Below, piece by piece: positions 53,337-64,000 of a stretch of DNA of 64,000 nucleotides. Each line of letters starts with the position of its first letter. Positions within the stretch are counted from its first letter, which is position 1. The translations under genes and the position numbers were made by a program. Origin of the DNA: Opitutales bacterium (GTDB taxonomy: Bacteria > Verrucomicrobiota > Verrucomicrobiia > Opitutales > UBA2987); the NCBI GenBank assembly GCA_965226885.1, contig CBDDEL010000013.1, positions 384,001 through 448,000 on the forward strand. The letters are read 5' to 3'. The notes under the pieces were generated by a model, which did no database searches, had not been told where the DNA came from, and saw only the letters and a program-made list of their open reading frames with translations.

Positions 53337-53790
53337 AATCGACCTTCATCTGCAACCTTCCCTGGCACGCGCAATGATCGATGAGGTGCAGAGTGTGCGC
53401 CATGACCTGGGGGAAAATCTGGTAATCGATCCCGCCTTGCCCGAGGACGATCCCGATTTGCTGGATGCCTGGAAAAGCGAGCTGACCGCGACCCTGCGCG
53501 AGGACTGCGATTTTTTACTCGAAACCCTCCAACGCAAAGATTTTGGCGAAGGTGAGCTGCAATTGGAAGAAACCACCGCCGATGGCCTTATCCGGGCATG
53601 TTCGGCCATACGCCTGAAAATACGGGAGGCAGCCCTGGGGGGCATCGGCGACGAGCCTTTGGAACACGGCGCCATCAATCCCGCCGAACTCTCTTTCGAC
53701 CAGCAGCGCTCTTACCTTTGCTACCTGTTTCTGGCCGGTCTGCAAAGCGAGATATTGGTCGAGATCGATCCCTCCTGCGAAGATCTGTAG
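53329..53790 (+). CDS. DUF2017-like protein coupled to clpS
   Basis: ATG overlaps the clpS end; acidic helical protein ending …YLFLAGLQSEIL. Confidence 0.65.
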   Translation: MIKIDLHLQPSLARAMIDEVQSVRHDLGENLVIDPALPEDDPDLLDAWKSELTATLREDCDFLLETLQRKDFGEGELQLEETTADGLIRACSAIRLKIREAALGGIGDEPLEHGAINPAELSFDQQRSYLCYLFLAGLQSEILVEIDPSCEDL

Positions 53791-53895
53791 CCCGCAGCCA
53801 TCCAAGGTATCATAAAAGGGCATTGATTGACGGAATATATCTAAAAAATCCCTCTGCAATTGACGTCATCGCCTATTTTTGCAAATATACGCCCC

Positions 53896-54072
53896 ATCCT
53901 GCTGTGTGCGGAGGTTAGAATAGCGCTCTTATCCTGATTCTGAACAATAGGGAGCTTGACCTGAGAGGGTGGCTGTCACGCCGTCAACCGGAAGACAAAA
54001 GCCCCCCAGAAAGCACCCACTTTTACCAACAAGTGGTAAAAGAGCTTTTTAATACTCCGGCACAAGTGGGAC
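53896..54072 (+). ncRNA. ssrS: 6S RNA
   Basis: About 177 nt; 5' TCCTGCTGTGTGCGGAG pairs with 3' CTCCGGCACAAGTGGGA; internal TCCTGA…AATAGGGAGC and ACCCAC…AAGTGG segments typical of 6S RNA; T run after it; TTGACG at 53860. Confidence 0.72.
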
Positions 54073-54234
54073 TTTTTTTAATTCTAATTATGGGATGTAA
54101 GATAAAATGCTTGAACGTTACCTTTCATATTCTATGTTTACTTTTGCGGCAATTACAATTGCGGGCTTTATATATTCCTTATTATTCGCAGGCTATTTTG
54201 GTTGGGGATTATTGAAAGCAAGCATTATATTTGT

Positions 54235-55036
54235 GGTAGTGTATTAAGTAGGAATGGTGGCTAATTCTTGATTATATTGATGAATGAAAAGTCTCAGACA
54301 GGTTTCATGCATACTCTTAAGCTTGGAAAAGGAGAGGGTTTTGCGTGTGAAACGACCCAGTCGTTGGCGCAGGGTATTGTTCCATCGTTCCACATGGGCC
54401 GTTTCACCGGTTTCTTTTCCCACGGATCGGTTATGAGGAAAGACTTCATCATAAGTGCTCCAAAAGTCGCTGTAGGTGGCACATCTTTTGTAGGCCCGTG
54501 GCAGACGCTCGTAAAGTTCCCGGCAACGATACCAATCCCGAGGCCCAATGGCATAGGAGAGGATTTGACGGGTGCGTCGGCAAAGAGCGATCCAAACCCA
54601 TTGGGCATCGCTCTTGCGCCCCACAAAAGACCACAGTTCGTCCAGTTCAATGACATCATGGCGGCGGGCCGCAAGAATCGTGCTTTTGAGCGGTCGCAGC
54701 GATTGTCGTTTTTTTTAACCAACTCAAAACGGTGTTGGGACTCACCCCGAAGGCGCGCTGTAAACCGCGTAGACTGCTGCGTTCCTGATAGACTCGAAGG
54801 ATCATTTCTTTTTGCTCTTCGGTGTATTTCACTGTGGGGTTTTCGCGGCTTTGTTTACCACAATCATGGCAGCGGTAGCGCTGTTTATGGTTGGGCGTCT
54901 TGCCAAATTTAATGATATTTTCACTTCCACAGTGCCGACAATTAATAATTTTAGTAACCATGCACTAAGAATAAACTGCCTAACGCTATTTGTACAGCTA
55001 AAAATACAAAATAACATTCTTTTTTTATACACTACC
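54235..55036 (-). mobile_element. IS1-family element (802 bp, complete)
   Basis: IRs; 8-bp TSD ATATTTGT. Confidence 0.95.
54244..54961 (-). CDS. IS1-family transposase in two frames (InsA-like 54656-54961; InsB-like to 54244), joined at an A8 run
   Basis: Same motifs as 32309-33026. Confidence 0.88.
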
Positions 55037-55111
55037 ATATTTGTTATTGGTGGTTATGTATTGTGGGGAATGGCAAACAAACGAAAACAAAGTCAAGCCG
55101 ATAAGGGATAG

Positions 55112-56167
55112 AAAAAGGAGTCAACGTTCATATTTTATGAGATTTGAGTATTTGGGCGTGGGGGCATTTCTTTTCGCGGTTTTTTGTGTATTTTCCGCAG
55201 AGGTTGCTTACGCTTTTGGGTTCTCCCATGTACAGGGCTTCGCTAAGCCAGGCGTTGGTTACGGAGGTTTCCCTTTTCAGTTTGCTCGCTATGGCCAGCT
55301 TCCAGGCTTCTGAATATTTGCTTTTCTTTGCTTCAGAGCGTCTTTTGCCCAACGCTTTCAAGCATGTTTTCAAGGCCATTTCCCATTGGGTGCGGTTGAA
55401 ATCTTCCAGCTCGTCCTTTTCCAGTCGCAACTGTCCCTCGGCTTCGAGCAATTCCTTTACTAAAGCTTCTTTAAACTCTTTTTCTCCTATGCACCATCCG
55501 CGGCACATGCGCCGTTCCAGCGACTTGATCTGTTTCGGTTCATCCGCTGCCCCGAGTTGCAGGAGCCGTGAATAACGATTCCAGCCACCGCGGGTATCCG
55601 TCAACCCTTCGCCGTTAGCACAGGACATCCAACCCGCCTCGAAGAACGCCTGACGCATCTTGCGTTTAGGGAAGTGATAAAGGCTCGACCAACGATACTT
55701 GCTTAGGGTTTCTATGTCGGCAAGGCCCGCCCGCAATGGGTTCAAATGAATATAGTTGACCAGGTCCGCGAAATGCTTGCCCCGTTCCACCACCAGGGAT
55801 TTGAAGCGCCCCTGGAATAGATGACCCCGTTCTTTGCGGAATTGGTTGAAGCGCCTGGCAAAAGTACCCTGGAGCCATTGCATGCCCGACGAGAGATTGC
55901 CCTGGGGCGTGCCGATGCACAAATGAAAGTGGTTGGATAGGATGCAGTAAGCATGAAGCTGCCAGGAAAACCTTCCGCACGCCTCGAAGAGCGCCACCTC
56001 AAAAGCATTCCTGGCGCCTTCGGTCTTGAAGACGAATTGTCGATAGTTGCCCCGATTGATCACATGGTAGAGGCCGTCGCTGGTTTCGATTCTATTTGTC
56101 CGTGGCATGAAGACCACGTTAATCCTATCAGGGACAGGATGTCGAATATGAACGTTGACTCCTTTTT
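55112..56167 (-). mobile_element. RAYT-like HUH transposase unit bounded by perfect 23-bp inverted repeats
   Basis: AAAAAGGAGTCAACGTTCATATT (55112-55134) and its exact reverse complement (56145-56167). Confidence 0.8.
55128..56117 (-). CDS. REP-associated tyrosine transposase-like (Y1 HUH) protein with a C-terminal HTH-like extension
   Basis: MPR..R, YHVINRGN, YCILSNHFHL, GHLFQGRFKS, YIHLNPLRAG, YRWSS. Confidence 0.9.
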   Translation of the reverse strand: MVFMPRTNRIETSDGLYHVINRGNYRQFVFKTEGARNAFEVALFEACGRFSWQLHAYCILSNHFHLCIGTPQGNLSSGMQWLQGTFARRFNQFRKERGHLFQGRFKSLVVERGKHFADLVNYIHLNPLRAGLADIETLSKYRWSSLYHFPKRKMRQAFFEAGWMSCANGEGLTDTRGGWNRYSRLLQLGAADEPKQIKSLERRMCRGWCIGEKEFKEALVKELLEAEGQLRLEKDELEDFNRTQWEMALKTCLKALGKRRSEAKKSKYSEAWKLAIASKLKRETSVTNAWLSEALYMGEPKSVSNLCGKYTKNREKKCPHAQILKSHKI

Positions 56168-56175
56168 TTCGATTT

Positions 56176-57018
56176 TTAATAACCGAACAATTGCAGGCCC
56201 CAGTTGCGGGCTTCGCGGATGACTTTTTGTTTTTCCAGAATCAGGGTTACGCCGGCTTCCAGACAGGCAATCCCGATGCCCGCTTCGCGCATCACTTCCA
56301 ACGTTCGCAGGCCGAAGACCGGCACGTCGAATCGGAAATCCTTTTCCGCTTTGCTTGTTTTGACAAAAATCAATTGATCCGTCTTAAAGCTGCCGGCCCG
56401 GCGCAGCATGGCGTCGGTGCCCTCGAATGCTTCCACCGCGATCACGGTGCCCTTTCGCACAACCACTCCCTGTCCAACGTGAAGCTGGGCCGAACCACGG
56501 GCGATTTTTATGCCGTGTTCAATATCCTGCTCCTTCACACCAGGTTTTCCGCCCGTCATAACGCCCTCCTCCGCTAGTTCGTGGTCGAGAAAGGAGCGGG
56601 CGTCGAGCATCCGCACACCCTGTTTTTCAATTTCATTGGAAACGGCTCCAAAAATAGATTCCGCGTTTTTCTTTTTGAGTCTGGATAAGAGCAAAATCGC
56701 CTTGGTATCCGGGTGAAGGCCCTTGAATAGACGCCGGGGGGTCACCTGGCCGACCATCATGGCGTAACCGGCTTCGAATTTCCTGATCGCCGCCAGCATA
56801 TGGCCCAATTGCCCAACTTTGATGACCACCGATTCGTCCTCTGGAAAAGACTCGATAATGTCCTCACGAGTCTCCCCTGCGAAGGCGATCAGGCGCACCG
56901 GAAGATCGTGCCTGCGGATGGACTCCAAGCAAAGTTTCGGGTAAATTTCCTTGCCCGCAATCACCGCAATGGGCCGCGATGGATCAAAAGATTCTGGCAG
57001 AAACCGCGAATAGGTCAT
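56176..57018 (-). CDS. lpxI: UDP-2,3-diacylglucosamine diphosphatase LpxI family
   Basis: IAG…P, VGQLG, GQGVVV, AVEAFEGTDAML, DFRFDVPVFG. Confidence 0.88.
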   Translation of the reverse strand: MTYSRFLPESFDPSRPIAVIAGKEIYPKLCLESIRRHDLPVRLIAFAGETREDIIESFPEDESVVIKVGQLGHMLAAIRKFEAGYAMMVGQVTPRRLFKGLHPDTKAILLLSRLKKKNAESIFGAVSNEIEKQGVRMLDARSFLDHELAEEGVMTGGKPGVKEQDIEHGIKIARGSAQLHVGQGVVVRKGTVIAVEAFEGTDAMLRRAGSFKTDQLIFVKTSKAEKDFRFDVPVFGLRTLEVMREAGIGIACLEAGVTLILEKQKVIREARNWGLQLFGY

Positions 57019-57071
57019 CTTAATGTATTATGAGAGGAAGAAGACAGGAGACAGAAAATGGGTATCTCGTC

Positions 57072-59696
57072 TTAATTCGTTACTATGTTAAGGATTTTAC
57101 CCGGCACGTAAATAACCTTCACAACCTGTTTTCCTTCCAGATGATTGGCCACCCTTTGATGTTCTTTTGCTGTTTGAAGGGCTTCATCCTGATTCAATCC
57201 TTTGTTCACCGAGGCATCCCCACGATATTTGCCGTTGACCTGGAAGACCAGTTTAACTTTTTCGGTGGCGAATTTCCGGGGGTCGTACTGGGGCCAGGGA
57301 TGACTGGAAACCGGTGAAGGATTCCCGATACGCGCCCAGATTTCCTCCGCCATATGCGGGGCGAACGGGGCCAGCAAAGCGAGAATAGTTTCTCCCGTTA
57401 GCTTTGTCATTCGCCCCTCTTTTTGCAAATGATTGGAGAGGATCATCATTTGCGAAATTGCGGTGTTGAAGCGCAGGTTTTCGATATCTTCGGTTACTTT
57501 TTTAATCGTTTCATGGAGCAGTTTCTCCGTGGCCGGAGAATCTTCCGGCGAATCCGTAAGACGATCCGAAACGGCGCCCTCCCGGTCGATAAACAATCGC
57601 CAGACCCGCTTCAAAAATCGGAAGACTCCCTCGATGCCGCGTGTGTTCCAGGGTTTTATGTCCTGCAGCGGGCCCATGAACATTTCGTAGAGCCGGAGTG
57701 AATCGGCCCCGTAACGATCGATGACTTCTTCGGGGTTGACCGCGTTGCCCCGGCTTTTGGACATCTTTTCGCCGTCTTCCCCTAAAATGAGGCCCTGGTG
57801 AAAAAGCTTTTTATACGGCTCTGGATCCGACACCACGCCGATATCATGGAGAAAATAGTGCCAGAAACGCGCATAGAGCAGGTGCAGAACCGCGTGTTCG
57901 GCCCCACCCATATAGATGTCCGGTGTTCCCCAAAATTTTTCGATTTTCGGGTCGATTAGCGATTCATCGTTGCCCGGGTCGAGATAGCGTAGGTGGTACC
58001 AGCAGGAACCCGCCCACTGCGGCATGGTATTGGTTTCCCGTCGGCCTTTTGCCCAGAGGTCGCTTTCCGGTTTATCCTGAGACGCCGGGATAGTTTCACC
58101 GGTGGACAGGTTGAACCACACCTCCACCCATTCGGTGATATTGGCCAGCGGGCTTTCGCCAGTGCCGGAAGGCTGGTAATTATCCGTCTCCGGCAATTCC
58201 AAAGGCAATTGACCAGCCGGCAGCGGCAAGGCGTAATAAGTGACGCCGCCGCTTTTATAAGTAACCGCTTCCTTGGGCAGAAAACGGGCCACTTCGCTGT
58301 CTTCGGCATTTTTGGCGCGCAGATAGGCTTCCTCTTCGACCCAGACGATGGGAAAAGGCTCGCCCCAGTAACGCTGCCGCGAAAAAAGCCAATCGCGCAA
58401 TTTGAAGTTGATGGCCGCCTTGCCCCTATTCGATTTTTCCAAATCTTCGGTAATTTGCCGGATGCCGATTCTCGAATCCAGACCGGTATAGGATCCGGAA
58501 TTGACCATCTTTCCATGACCCGTGTAGGGGCTGTATTTTTCCTCGATCGCTTGTAAGATTGTTTTTTTGACCTCGGGTTCATTTTTTTCGGGCTTTTCGA
58601 TTACCTTCTCAATGGGCAATTTAAACTTTACAGCAAATTCGTGGTCTCTTTCGTCATGGGCAGGCACCGCCATGATGGCTCCGGTGCCGTAGCTCATGAG
58701 CACATAGTCGGCGATCCAGATGGGGATTTCCTCATTGTTAACCGGATTTATGGCGTAGCTGCCGGTGAAAATACCACTTTTGTCCTTGGCCAGGTCGGTG
58801 CGGTCCAGATCGCTTTTTCCGGCCGCCTTTTGGATGTATTGCTCAACCTCCTTCAGGCGTTCGGGGAGGGTCAGTTTTTTCACCAAGGGGTGCTCCGGGG
58901 CTAAAACCATGTAAGTGGCCCCGAAAAGGGTATCCGGCCTTGTTGTGAAAATTTTCAGTTTGTTATGCGGAAACCCCTTGAGGGCGAAAGTGACCTCGGC
59001 ACCTTCACTGCGCCCGATCCAGGCTCGCTGCTGCCTCTTGGTCGAATCCGGCCAGTCGATCCCTTCCAGGCCGGCCAGCAGCCGGTCCGCGTAAGCCGTT
59101 ATGCGCAAAACCCATTGGCGCAGGTTGCGGCGGACGACCGGGTGGCCACCTCGTTCGGAAAGGCCGTCAACGATTTCCTCGTTGGCCAGGACGGTGCCGA
59201 GATTGTCGCACCACCAGACGGGCTTTTCATCCACATAGGCTAGCCCTTGCTTGAAAAGCTGTAAAAATATCCACTGGGTCCATTTGAAATAATGAGGGTC
59301 GGTGGTGTTGATTTCCCGGTCCCAATCGATTGAAAAGCCGATCCGTTTGATTTGGCGGCGGTAAGTATCGCTATTTTTTTGTATGGTCAATCGCGGATGG
59401 GTGCCGGTTTCCACAGCGTGTTGCTCGGCTGGCAGACCGAAGGCGTCCCAGCCCATGGGATGGAGGACGTTAAAACCCAGCGCTCTTTTATATCGCGAGA
59501 GAATGTCCGTGGCGGTATAGCCTTCGGGATGTCCGACATGCAGTCCGGCTCCCGAAGGATAGGGAAACATGTCCAGGATGTAATAGGAGGGTTTTGCGGA
59601 AAAATCCTCGGCGCGGAAAGTCTTGTTTTTTTCCCAGAAAGATTGCCAATACGGTTCAATCTGTGAAAAGTCGTAATCTGTGCAAGGTGTGGGCAT
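57072..59696 (-). CDS. leuS: Leucine--tRNA ligase
   Basis: [37 protein letters not shown]. Confidence 0.96.
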   Translation of the reverse strand: MPTPCTDYDFSQIEPYWQSFWEKNKTFRAEDFSAKPSYYILDMFPYPSGAGLHVGHPEGYTATDILSRYKRALGFNVLHPMGWDAFGLPAEQHAVETGTHPRLTIQKNSDTYRRQIKRIGFSIDWDREINTTDPHYFKWTQWIFLQLFKQGLAYVDEKPVWWCDNLGTVLANEEIVDGLSERGGHPVVRRNLRQWVLRITAYADRLLAGLEGIDWPDSTKRQQRAWIGRSEGAEVTFALKGFPHNKLKIFTTRPDTLFGATYMVLAPEHPLVKKLTLPERLKEVEQYIQKAAGKSDLDRTDLAKDKSGIFTGSYAINPVNNEEIPIWIADYVLMSYGTGAIMAVPAHDERDHEFAVKFKLPIEKVIEKPEKNEPEVKKTILQAIEEKYSPYTGHGKMVNSGSYTGLDSRIGIRQITEDLEKSNRGKAAINFKLRDWLFSRQRYWGEPFPIVWVEEEAYLRAKNAEDSEVARFLPKEAVTYKSGGVTYYALPLPAGQLPLELPETDNYQPSGTGESPLANITEWVEVWFNLSTGETIPASQDKPESDLWAKGRRETNTMPQWAGSCWYHLRYLDPGNDESLIDPKIEKFWGTPDIYMGGAEHAVLHLLYARFWHYFLHDIGVVSDPEPYKKLFHQGLILGEDGEKMSKSRGNAVNPEEVIDRYGADSLRLYEMFMGPLQDIKPWNTRGIEGVFRFLKRVWRLFIDREGAVSDRLTDSPEDSPATEKLLHETIKKVTEDIENLRFNTAISQMMILSNHLQKEGRMTKLTGETILALLAPFAPHMAEEIWARIGNPSPVSSHPWPQYDPRKFATEKVKLVFQVNGKYRGDASVNKGLNQDEALQTAKEHQRVANHLEGKQVVKVIYVPGKILNIVTN

Positions 59697-59715
59697 GAAT
59701 CGAAAAAAACAGCTT

Positions 59716-61101
59716 ATGTTGATAAAATTTAATAGAGGGTCAACCACTCATAAAGGGAGTTTTCCCTGGGCTGTGCCGATGGCCATGCTGGCGGCGGGTT
59801 ATTTAATTTTCACCTCTGTCGGCCTCGACGCCAAGGGCCGGGCCTTCGACAAATTGCTCGACGCGGTGGTGCGGATCGATGTTAGCGAGGCTACTTTTGA
59901 AGGCGGCTCCAAAAGGATTATCCGCGGCATCGGCTCCGGCGTCATCATGACGAAGGAGGGGCACATATTGACCAACGCCCATGTCGCCAGCCCCAAGGCG
60001 GAGGAGATTTCCATCACCCTGGCCAATCTGGAAAGGGTTAATGCCAGGCTGCTGGGTTGGGACCACTGGACGGACTTGGCTGTGCTTCAAATGGATATCG
60101 AGGAAGTGGAGAAAAGGAATTTGAAATTCTCTACGGCCCGTTTCGGCGATTCCAAAAAGCTTTATCCGGGCCAAATCGTATATGCGGCGGGAACTCCCAA
60201 CGGGTTGAGCCGGACTGTGACCAAGGGCATTATTTCCAACACCGACCGCTATTTTGAAGGCAGCAGCCACATTCGCGGCCACGAGACCGGTTATTTCAAC
60301 ACCTGGCTGCAAACGGATGCCGCCATCAACCCGGGAAACAGCGGCGGCCCCCTTGTGACGGAGGACGGGCGCGTCGTCGGCATCAACACCCGGGGTTACC
60401 TCGGAGCCAACAATCTTGGGTTTGCAGTGCCCGCGGAAACCGCCCAAACAGTTATGCAAGCCTTGCTCGAGAAAGGCGAAATCGTGCGCAGCTACATCGG
60501 CCTGAAACTCAGTCCCTTGCAGGATCTGGAAGATTTTTTTAACCTCGAAATGAACACCGGAATGCTCGTCAGCGCCGTCGATCCGGGTTCCCCCTGCGAT
60601 AAAGCCGGTCTGCGGCCCGGCGACATCATTTTGACGCTCAACGGTGAGAAAATGGATGGCCGTTTTCCAGAGCAGCTTCCGCCCATTCAAAAAAAAATTG
60701 CCCGCAAGCCGGTCGGTTCCGTGATTACCCTGGAGCTTAAACGCAACGGAAAAAATCTCACCGTGGAGGCTCAAACGGAGCGGCTGGAAAGCCGGGTGGG
60801 GGAGCAGTGGGCCTTTGAGGATTGGGGATTGAGCGTGCAAAGAGTCTCCCGGGCCATTGTCCGGGAGCAAAAACTACCCACCGATGACGGCGTCCTCGTA
60901 ATAGGGACCCAGACCGCTTTTCCGGCCGACGACGCCGGATTGCGCCGGGGAGACATCATTTTGCGAATCAACCGGGAGTCGATCCGCTCCCTCGATCAGC
61001 TAAAGCTGGCCTATGAGGACTACCAGGCGGAACCCAGGGAAATTCTTCTCGAAGCCCAGCGTTACCATCAGGATTCGTTTTATATATTAATAAAACCCTG
61101 A
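59716..61101 (+). CDS. HtrA/DegP-family serine protease with two PDZ domains (start uncertain)
   Basis: [25 protein letters not shown]. Confidence 0.92.
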   Translation: MLIKFNRGSTTHKGSFPWAVPMAMLAAGYLIFTSVGLDAKGRAFDKLLDAVVRIDVSEATFEGGSKRIIRGIGSGVIMTKEGHILTNAHVASPKAEEISITLANLERVNARLLGWDHWTDLAVLQMDIEEVEKRNLKFSTARFGDSKKLYPGQIVYAAGTPNGLSRTVTKGIISNTDRYFEGSSHIRGHETGYFNTWLQTDAAINPGNSGGPLVTEDGRVVGINTRGYLGANNLGFAVPAETAQTVMQALLEKGEIVRSYIGLKLSPLQDLEDFFNLEMNTGMLVSAVDPGSPCDKAGLRPGDIILTLNGEKMDGRFPEQLPPIQKKIARKPVGSVITLELKRNGKNLTVEAQTERLESRVGEQWAFEDWGLSVQRVSRAIVREQKLPTDDGVLVIGTQTAFPADDAGLRRGDIILRINRESIRSLDQLKLAYEDYQAEPREILLEAQRYHQDSFYILIKP

Positions 61102-61134
61102 AGTCCCAAGACTCTCCATTGCAGAATAAAATTA

Positions 61135-62535
61135 ATGAAATTGCGTAACCACTTACCCTTTGTGTTAACACCCATTTGTTTGGCGGCGGTATCTCTTTTT
61201 GGGGGTGATGATTTGGCCGAAGGGGTCGGCGATTTGTTTACGGAGAGGGCGAAATCGGTGGTTGCCATAGAATATTTCATTCAAAGGGAATTGGATCGTT
61301 CGCCGGTTGATACCGTTGGGCTAGTTATTGATAGCGAAGGACTGATAGTGATAAACGAATCGGCCGTGCCCAATTGGCTGCCGCCCGATCATTTCAAGGA
61401 TTTTAAGGTTTATCCGCCGGGGGAAGGCGGCGACGGCTATGAGGCGGAATACCTCGGTAGCGACTACCTCAATGGCTGGCATTACCTGAAGGTGGAGGAG
61501 GCCCTGCGACCCCGGCTGGTTCCCATCGCTAAATTTGAAACGACCACCCCGGTGATGGGGCAAAAGTTATGGGGCATCGGCATTCTCGACCAGAACTTCG
61601 ATTACAGGGCTTATTTTTTGGATGGCCGCATGGCCATGATGCAAAAAGTTCCTCTCAAAATCGGTTTTTCGGAGAACCTTCTGGCCAGTCCCGGCTGCCC
61701 TGTGTTCGATTTTAAGGGCCGTTTCGCGGGCTGGGCCGGCAACCCCGTTACGCGGGAGCGCATCCTATTGCGCGATGGCCGCCAGTCGAGGGTTGGCTTC
61801 CGCCCCATCCGGGAAAGCGGAGCCTTTCTCTTTGCGGACGAATTTTTTGCAAACATCGGCCGGGTTCCCGCTGATCCGGCGGGAGATCCCCGGCCTTGGA
61901 TAGGCATTGCCGGTATGCAGCCTATCGATCGGGAGGTGGCCAGATTTTTGGGATTGGAAGATCAGGGAGCGGTGGCTATAAGCACCATTCTGGAAGGAAG
62001 TCCAGCCGAGGGCAGCAACTTGCAAAGCCGGGACATTATTGTCTCGGTGGATGGTGAGATACTGCCCAAATTTCGGCCCGATGTCATTGTGCAAAATTAT
62101 TTTGAAAGGTTGGTGCTTTTGAAAAAACCTGGCGAAACCCTGGCCCTTGAGGTGGTTCGCGGGGATGGGCGGGAACACGTCGAAATTGTTGTTGGCGACC
62201 ACCCCAAGACTTTGAATAAGGCCCGGCGGCAATACCTGGCGGACCTAGGCCTATCGGTTAGGGAATTCGTGGTTTACGACGCCATCCGGCAGCGTATTCC
62301 GTTTCTCGATGCGCCCGGAGTCATCGCCCAGTTCGTCAAGCCCAACAGCCCCGTTCATGCCGCCGGTTTGCAACTGCGCGACTGGATAAAGGAAATCGAC
62401 GGGGAGGCGGTATCCAACTATGAAACAGCGGTGGAACTACTGTCGTCCATCGAAAACGACGAATCCCGCGACGAATTTGTTCTCCTCATTGACCGCCATA
62501 ATCAAACTTCCGTTCTGCGGGTAAAACTCCGCTAG
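61135..62535 (+). CDS. PDZ-domain HtrA-like protein lacking the catalytic triad
   Basis: Signal peptide, trypsin-like layout with INESAV / GWHYLKV / ASPGCPV, two PDZ domains. Confidence 0.8.
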   Translation: MKLRNHLPFVLTPICLAAVSLFGGDDLAEGVGDLFTERAKSVVAIEYFIQRELDRSPVDTVGLVIDSEGLIVINESAVPNWLPPDHFKDFKVYPPGEGGDGYEAEYLGSDYLNGWHYLKVEEALRPRLVPIAKFETTTPVMGQKLWGIGILDQNFDYRAYFLDGRMAMMQKVPLKIGFSENLLASPGCPVFDFKGRFAGWAGNPVTRERILLRDGRQSRVGFRPIRESGAFLFADEFFANIGRVPADPAGDPRPWIGIAGMQPIDREVARFLGLEDQGAVAISTILEGSPAEGSNLQSRDIIVSVDGEILPKFRPDVIVQNYFERLVLLKKPGETLALEVVRGDGREHVEIVVGDHPKTLNKARRQYLADLGLSVREFVVYDAIRQRIPFLDAPGVIAQFVKPNSPVHAAGLQLRDWIKEIDGEAVSNYETAVELLSSIENDESRDEFVLLIDRHNQTSVLRVKLR

Positions 62536-62570
62536 GTTAAAGCACACTATAAACTAAACATAGAACTGAA

Positions 62571-63176
62571 ATGTTTACTGGAATTGTTGAAGAAACGGGC
62601 AAAGTCCTGGTTTTTGAAGAGGGCGGCGAGGCTTATCGGCTAACCGTCAAGACCGATAAAATCCAGAACGGCATGGCCCTTGGAGACAGCGTGGCGGTCA
62701 ACGGCTGTTGCTTGACCGTTATCACTTTCGATTCCGAAAGCGTCAGTTTCGAGCTGCTGGGTGAAACCGTCCGCTTGACATCGTTTAACGAACTGGCCGT
62801 GGGGGCCGGGGTCAACCTGGAGCGGAGCCTCTGTTTCAACGGCAAGATCGGGGGGCATTTTGTGAGTGGTCATATCGACACCCCCGGCCGGGTGGAAATC
62901 CTCGAAAAGCGTGGCAAAGACTATTACATTAGGATCACGCCACCGCCCGAGTATATGCGTTATCTCATTTATAAAGGCAGCATCGCCATCGATGGAATTT
63001 CCCTCACGGTAGCCGAAGTGGACGACACCGGGTTCTCCGTCTGGCTTATCCCGCACACCATGCAGGCAACCAATCTCAACGAGCGGCAAACCGGCCAGCA
63101 GGTGAACCTCGAATTCGATTTATTAGGCAAATATGTGGAAAAACTATTGCCGGATCGCGAACCCTCCATTTCATAA
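62571..63176 (+). CDS. ribE: Riboflavin synthase alpha chain
   Basis: [43 protein letters not shown]. Confidence 0.95.
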   Translation: MFTGIVEETGKVLVFEEGGEAYRLTVKTDKIQNGMALGDSVAVNGCCLTVITFDSESVSFELLGETVRLTSFNELAVGAGVNLERSLCFNGKIGGHFVSGHIDTPGRVEILEKRGKDYYIRITPPPEYMRYLIYKGSIAIDGISLTVAEVDDTGFSVWLIPHTMQATNLNERQTGQQVNLEFDLLGKYVEKLLPDREPSIS

Positions 63177-63185
63177 TTTGGCGTT

Positions 63186-64000
63186 ATGAGAGAGCAGTTG
63201 GAAAGTCTCGTGAGTGAGCTTAAACGCCTAAAAACCGAGGGCCGGGAAAACGTCTTCATTGCAGACGGGACGCTGGAGAAACTGCGACAATCCGTTCACA
63301 AATCAGTAAAACCCAAAACGGTTCTTCCTAAGACCGAAAATACCCCCATGCCAGTTCCGGTTCAGAGAAAAAAGAAAGAATTCCAAATAGCGCCGATCCC
63401 GCCACCACCTGAATTTCAATTGCCCGAAGGTGGTAAACAACAGCGTTGGGAATGGCTGCGGGAGCGGGTCCTCCATGATCCGGTTTGCAACAAACACCTC
63501 AAGTCCGAAAAAAAAGTCGTTTTTGGCGTTGGCAGTGTTCATGCCGAGCTTTTCTTTTGTGGGGAGGCGCCGGGGGCCGACGAAGAAATTCAGGGCGAGC
63601 CTTTTGTCGGCAGGGCGGGGCAGTTATTGACGAAGATCCTGGGAGGAATGGGCCTGAAACGAGACGAGGTTTATATAGGCAATATTATGAACTGGAGGCC
63701 GGAGCTACCGACTGCCTCCGGCAACCGCCCCCCGACCGTTGATGAGTTCAACTACTGCCTGCCTTTTTTACGGGCCCAACTCGAGATCGTGCAGCCCAAG
63801 GTGATCATTGCCCTGGGCGCGACGGCCGTCAACGGGCTCCTCGGGCCCGATCCCAAACGGCGCATGGGTGATGTCCGTGGAAAGTGGCATGAATTTCAAA
63901 ACATTCCTTTGATGATTACCTATCATCCCTCCTACATATTACGCAGCGGAACCCTCCGCGCCAAACGGACCATTTGGGAAGACATGCTGACCGTTATGGA
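63186..64000 (+). CDS. Uracil-DNA glycosylase family 4, partial (runs off the window end; absent from the ORF track)
   Basis: Translated by hand: GEAPGADEEIQGEPFVGRAGQLL…YIGNIMNWRP…TYHPSYILR. Confidence 0.88.
   Translation, partial: MREQLESLVSELKRLKTEGRENVFIADGTLEKLRQSVHKSVKPKTVLPKTENTPMPVPVQRKKKEFQIAPIPPPPEFQLPEGGKQQRWEWLRERVLHDPVCNKHLKSEKKVVFGVGSVHAELFFCGEAPGADEEIQGEPFVGRAGQLLTKILGGMGLKRDEVYIGNIMNWRPELPTASGNRPPTVDEFNYCLPFLRAQLEIVQPKVIIALGATAVNGLLGPDPKRRMGDVRGKWHEFQNIPLMITYHPSYILRSGTLRAKRTIWEDMLTVM

Larger units (their letters stand above)
54107..55111 (+). pseudogene. Small 64-aa membrane protein split by IS1
   Basis: Rejoined frame MLERYLSYSMFTFAAITIAGFIYSLLFAGYFGWGLLKASIIFVIGGYVLWGMANKRKQSQADKG*. 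Confidence 0.65.

Noticed and set aside
59680..59747. Overlapping divergent starts of leuS and htrA
   Set aside because: An artefact of longest-ORF calling; starts at 59696 (-) and 59716 or later (+) remove the overlap
1..64000. CRISPR array, tRNA/rRNA, integron or prophage
   Set aside because: No regularly spaced repeat-spacer units, cloverleaves, attC-like arrays or phage genes were seen; all long repeats are IS copies

Overview
64-kb bacterial chromosomal window, probably Verrucomicrobiota/Opitutales-like (inferred from gene content, not proven). Ordinary housekeeping blocks (pilB/gspE-type ATPase, HDAC, 5-oxoprolinase, mazG, trpC, rsmA; ntrC-like, metF, ggt, galE, fabF-ACP-phytoene-desaturase-like trio, clpS, 6S RNA, lpxI, leuS, an HtrA pair, riboflavin synthase, UDG) are overrun by a recent insertion-sequence burst. 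About 27 kb (~40%) is mobile DNA: nine IS1380-family copies (always at YTAR 4-mers), five IS1-family copies, two IS5/ISNCY-like copies, one IS21, one IS3 plus a remnant of a second IS3, one IS630, and a RAYT-like HUH transposase between perfect 23-bp inverted repeats. ISs are nested up to four levels deep, and IS1380 repeatedly inserts into its own gene at one internal site. Several host genes are shattered (a DUF2339/DUF3999-like operon, a PilX-like gene, a GYF_2 protein, a cupin, a small membrane protein). Most notable: the TIR-flanked HUH transposase, a compact pseudoknot-like structure directly after the IS1380 stop codon, a self-nesting IS1380 composite, +1 recoding of the IS1 transposase at an A8 run, recurrent 10-17 bp tandem duplications, and an anammox-type FabF/ACP/oxidoreductase lipid cluster. 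Family assignments come from motif recognition only; no database searches were run.
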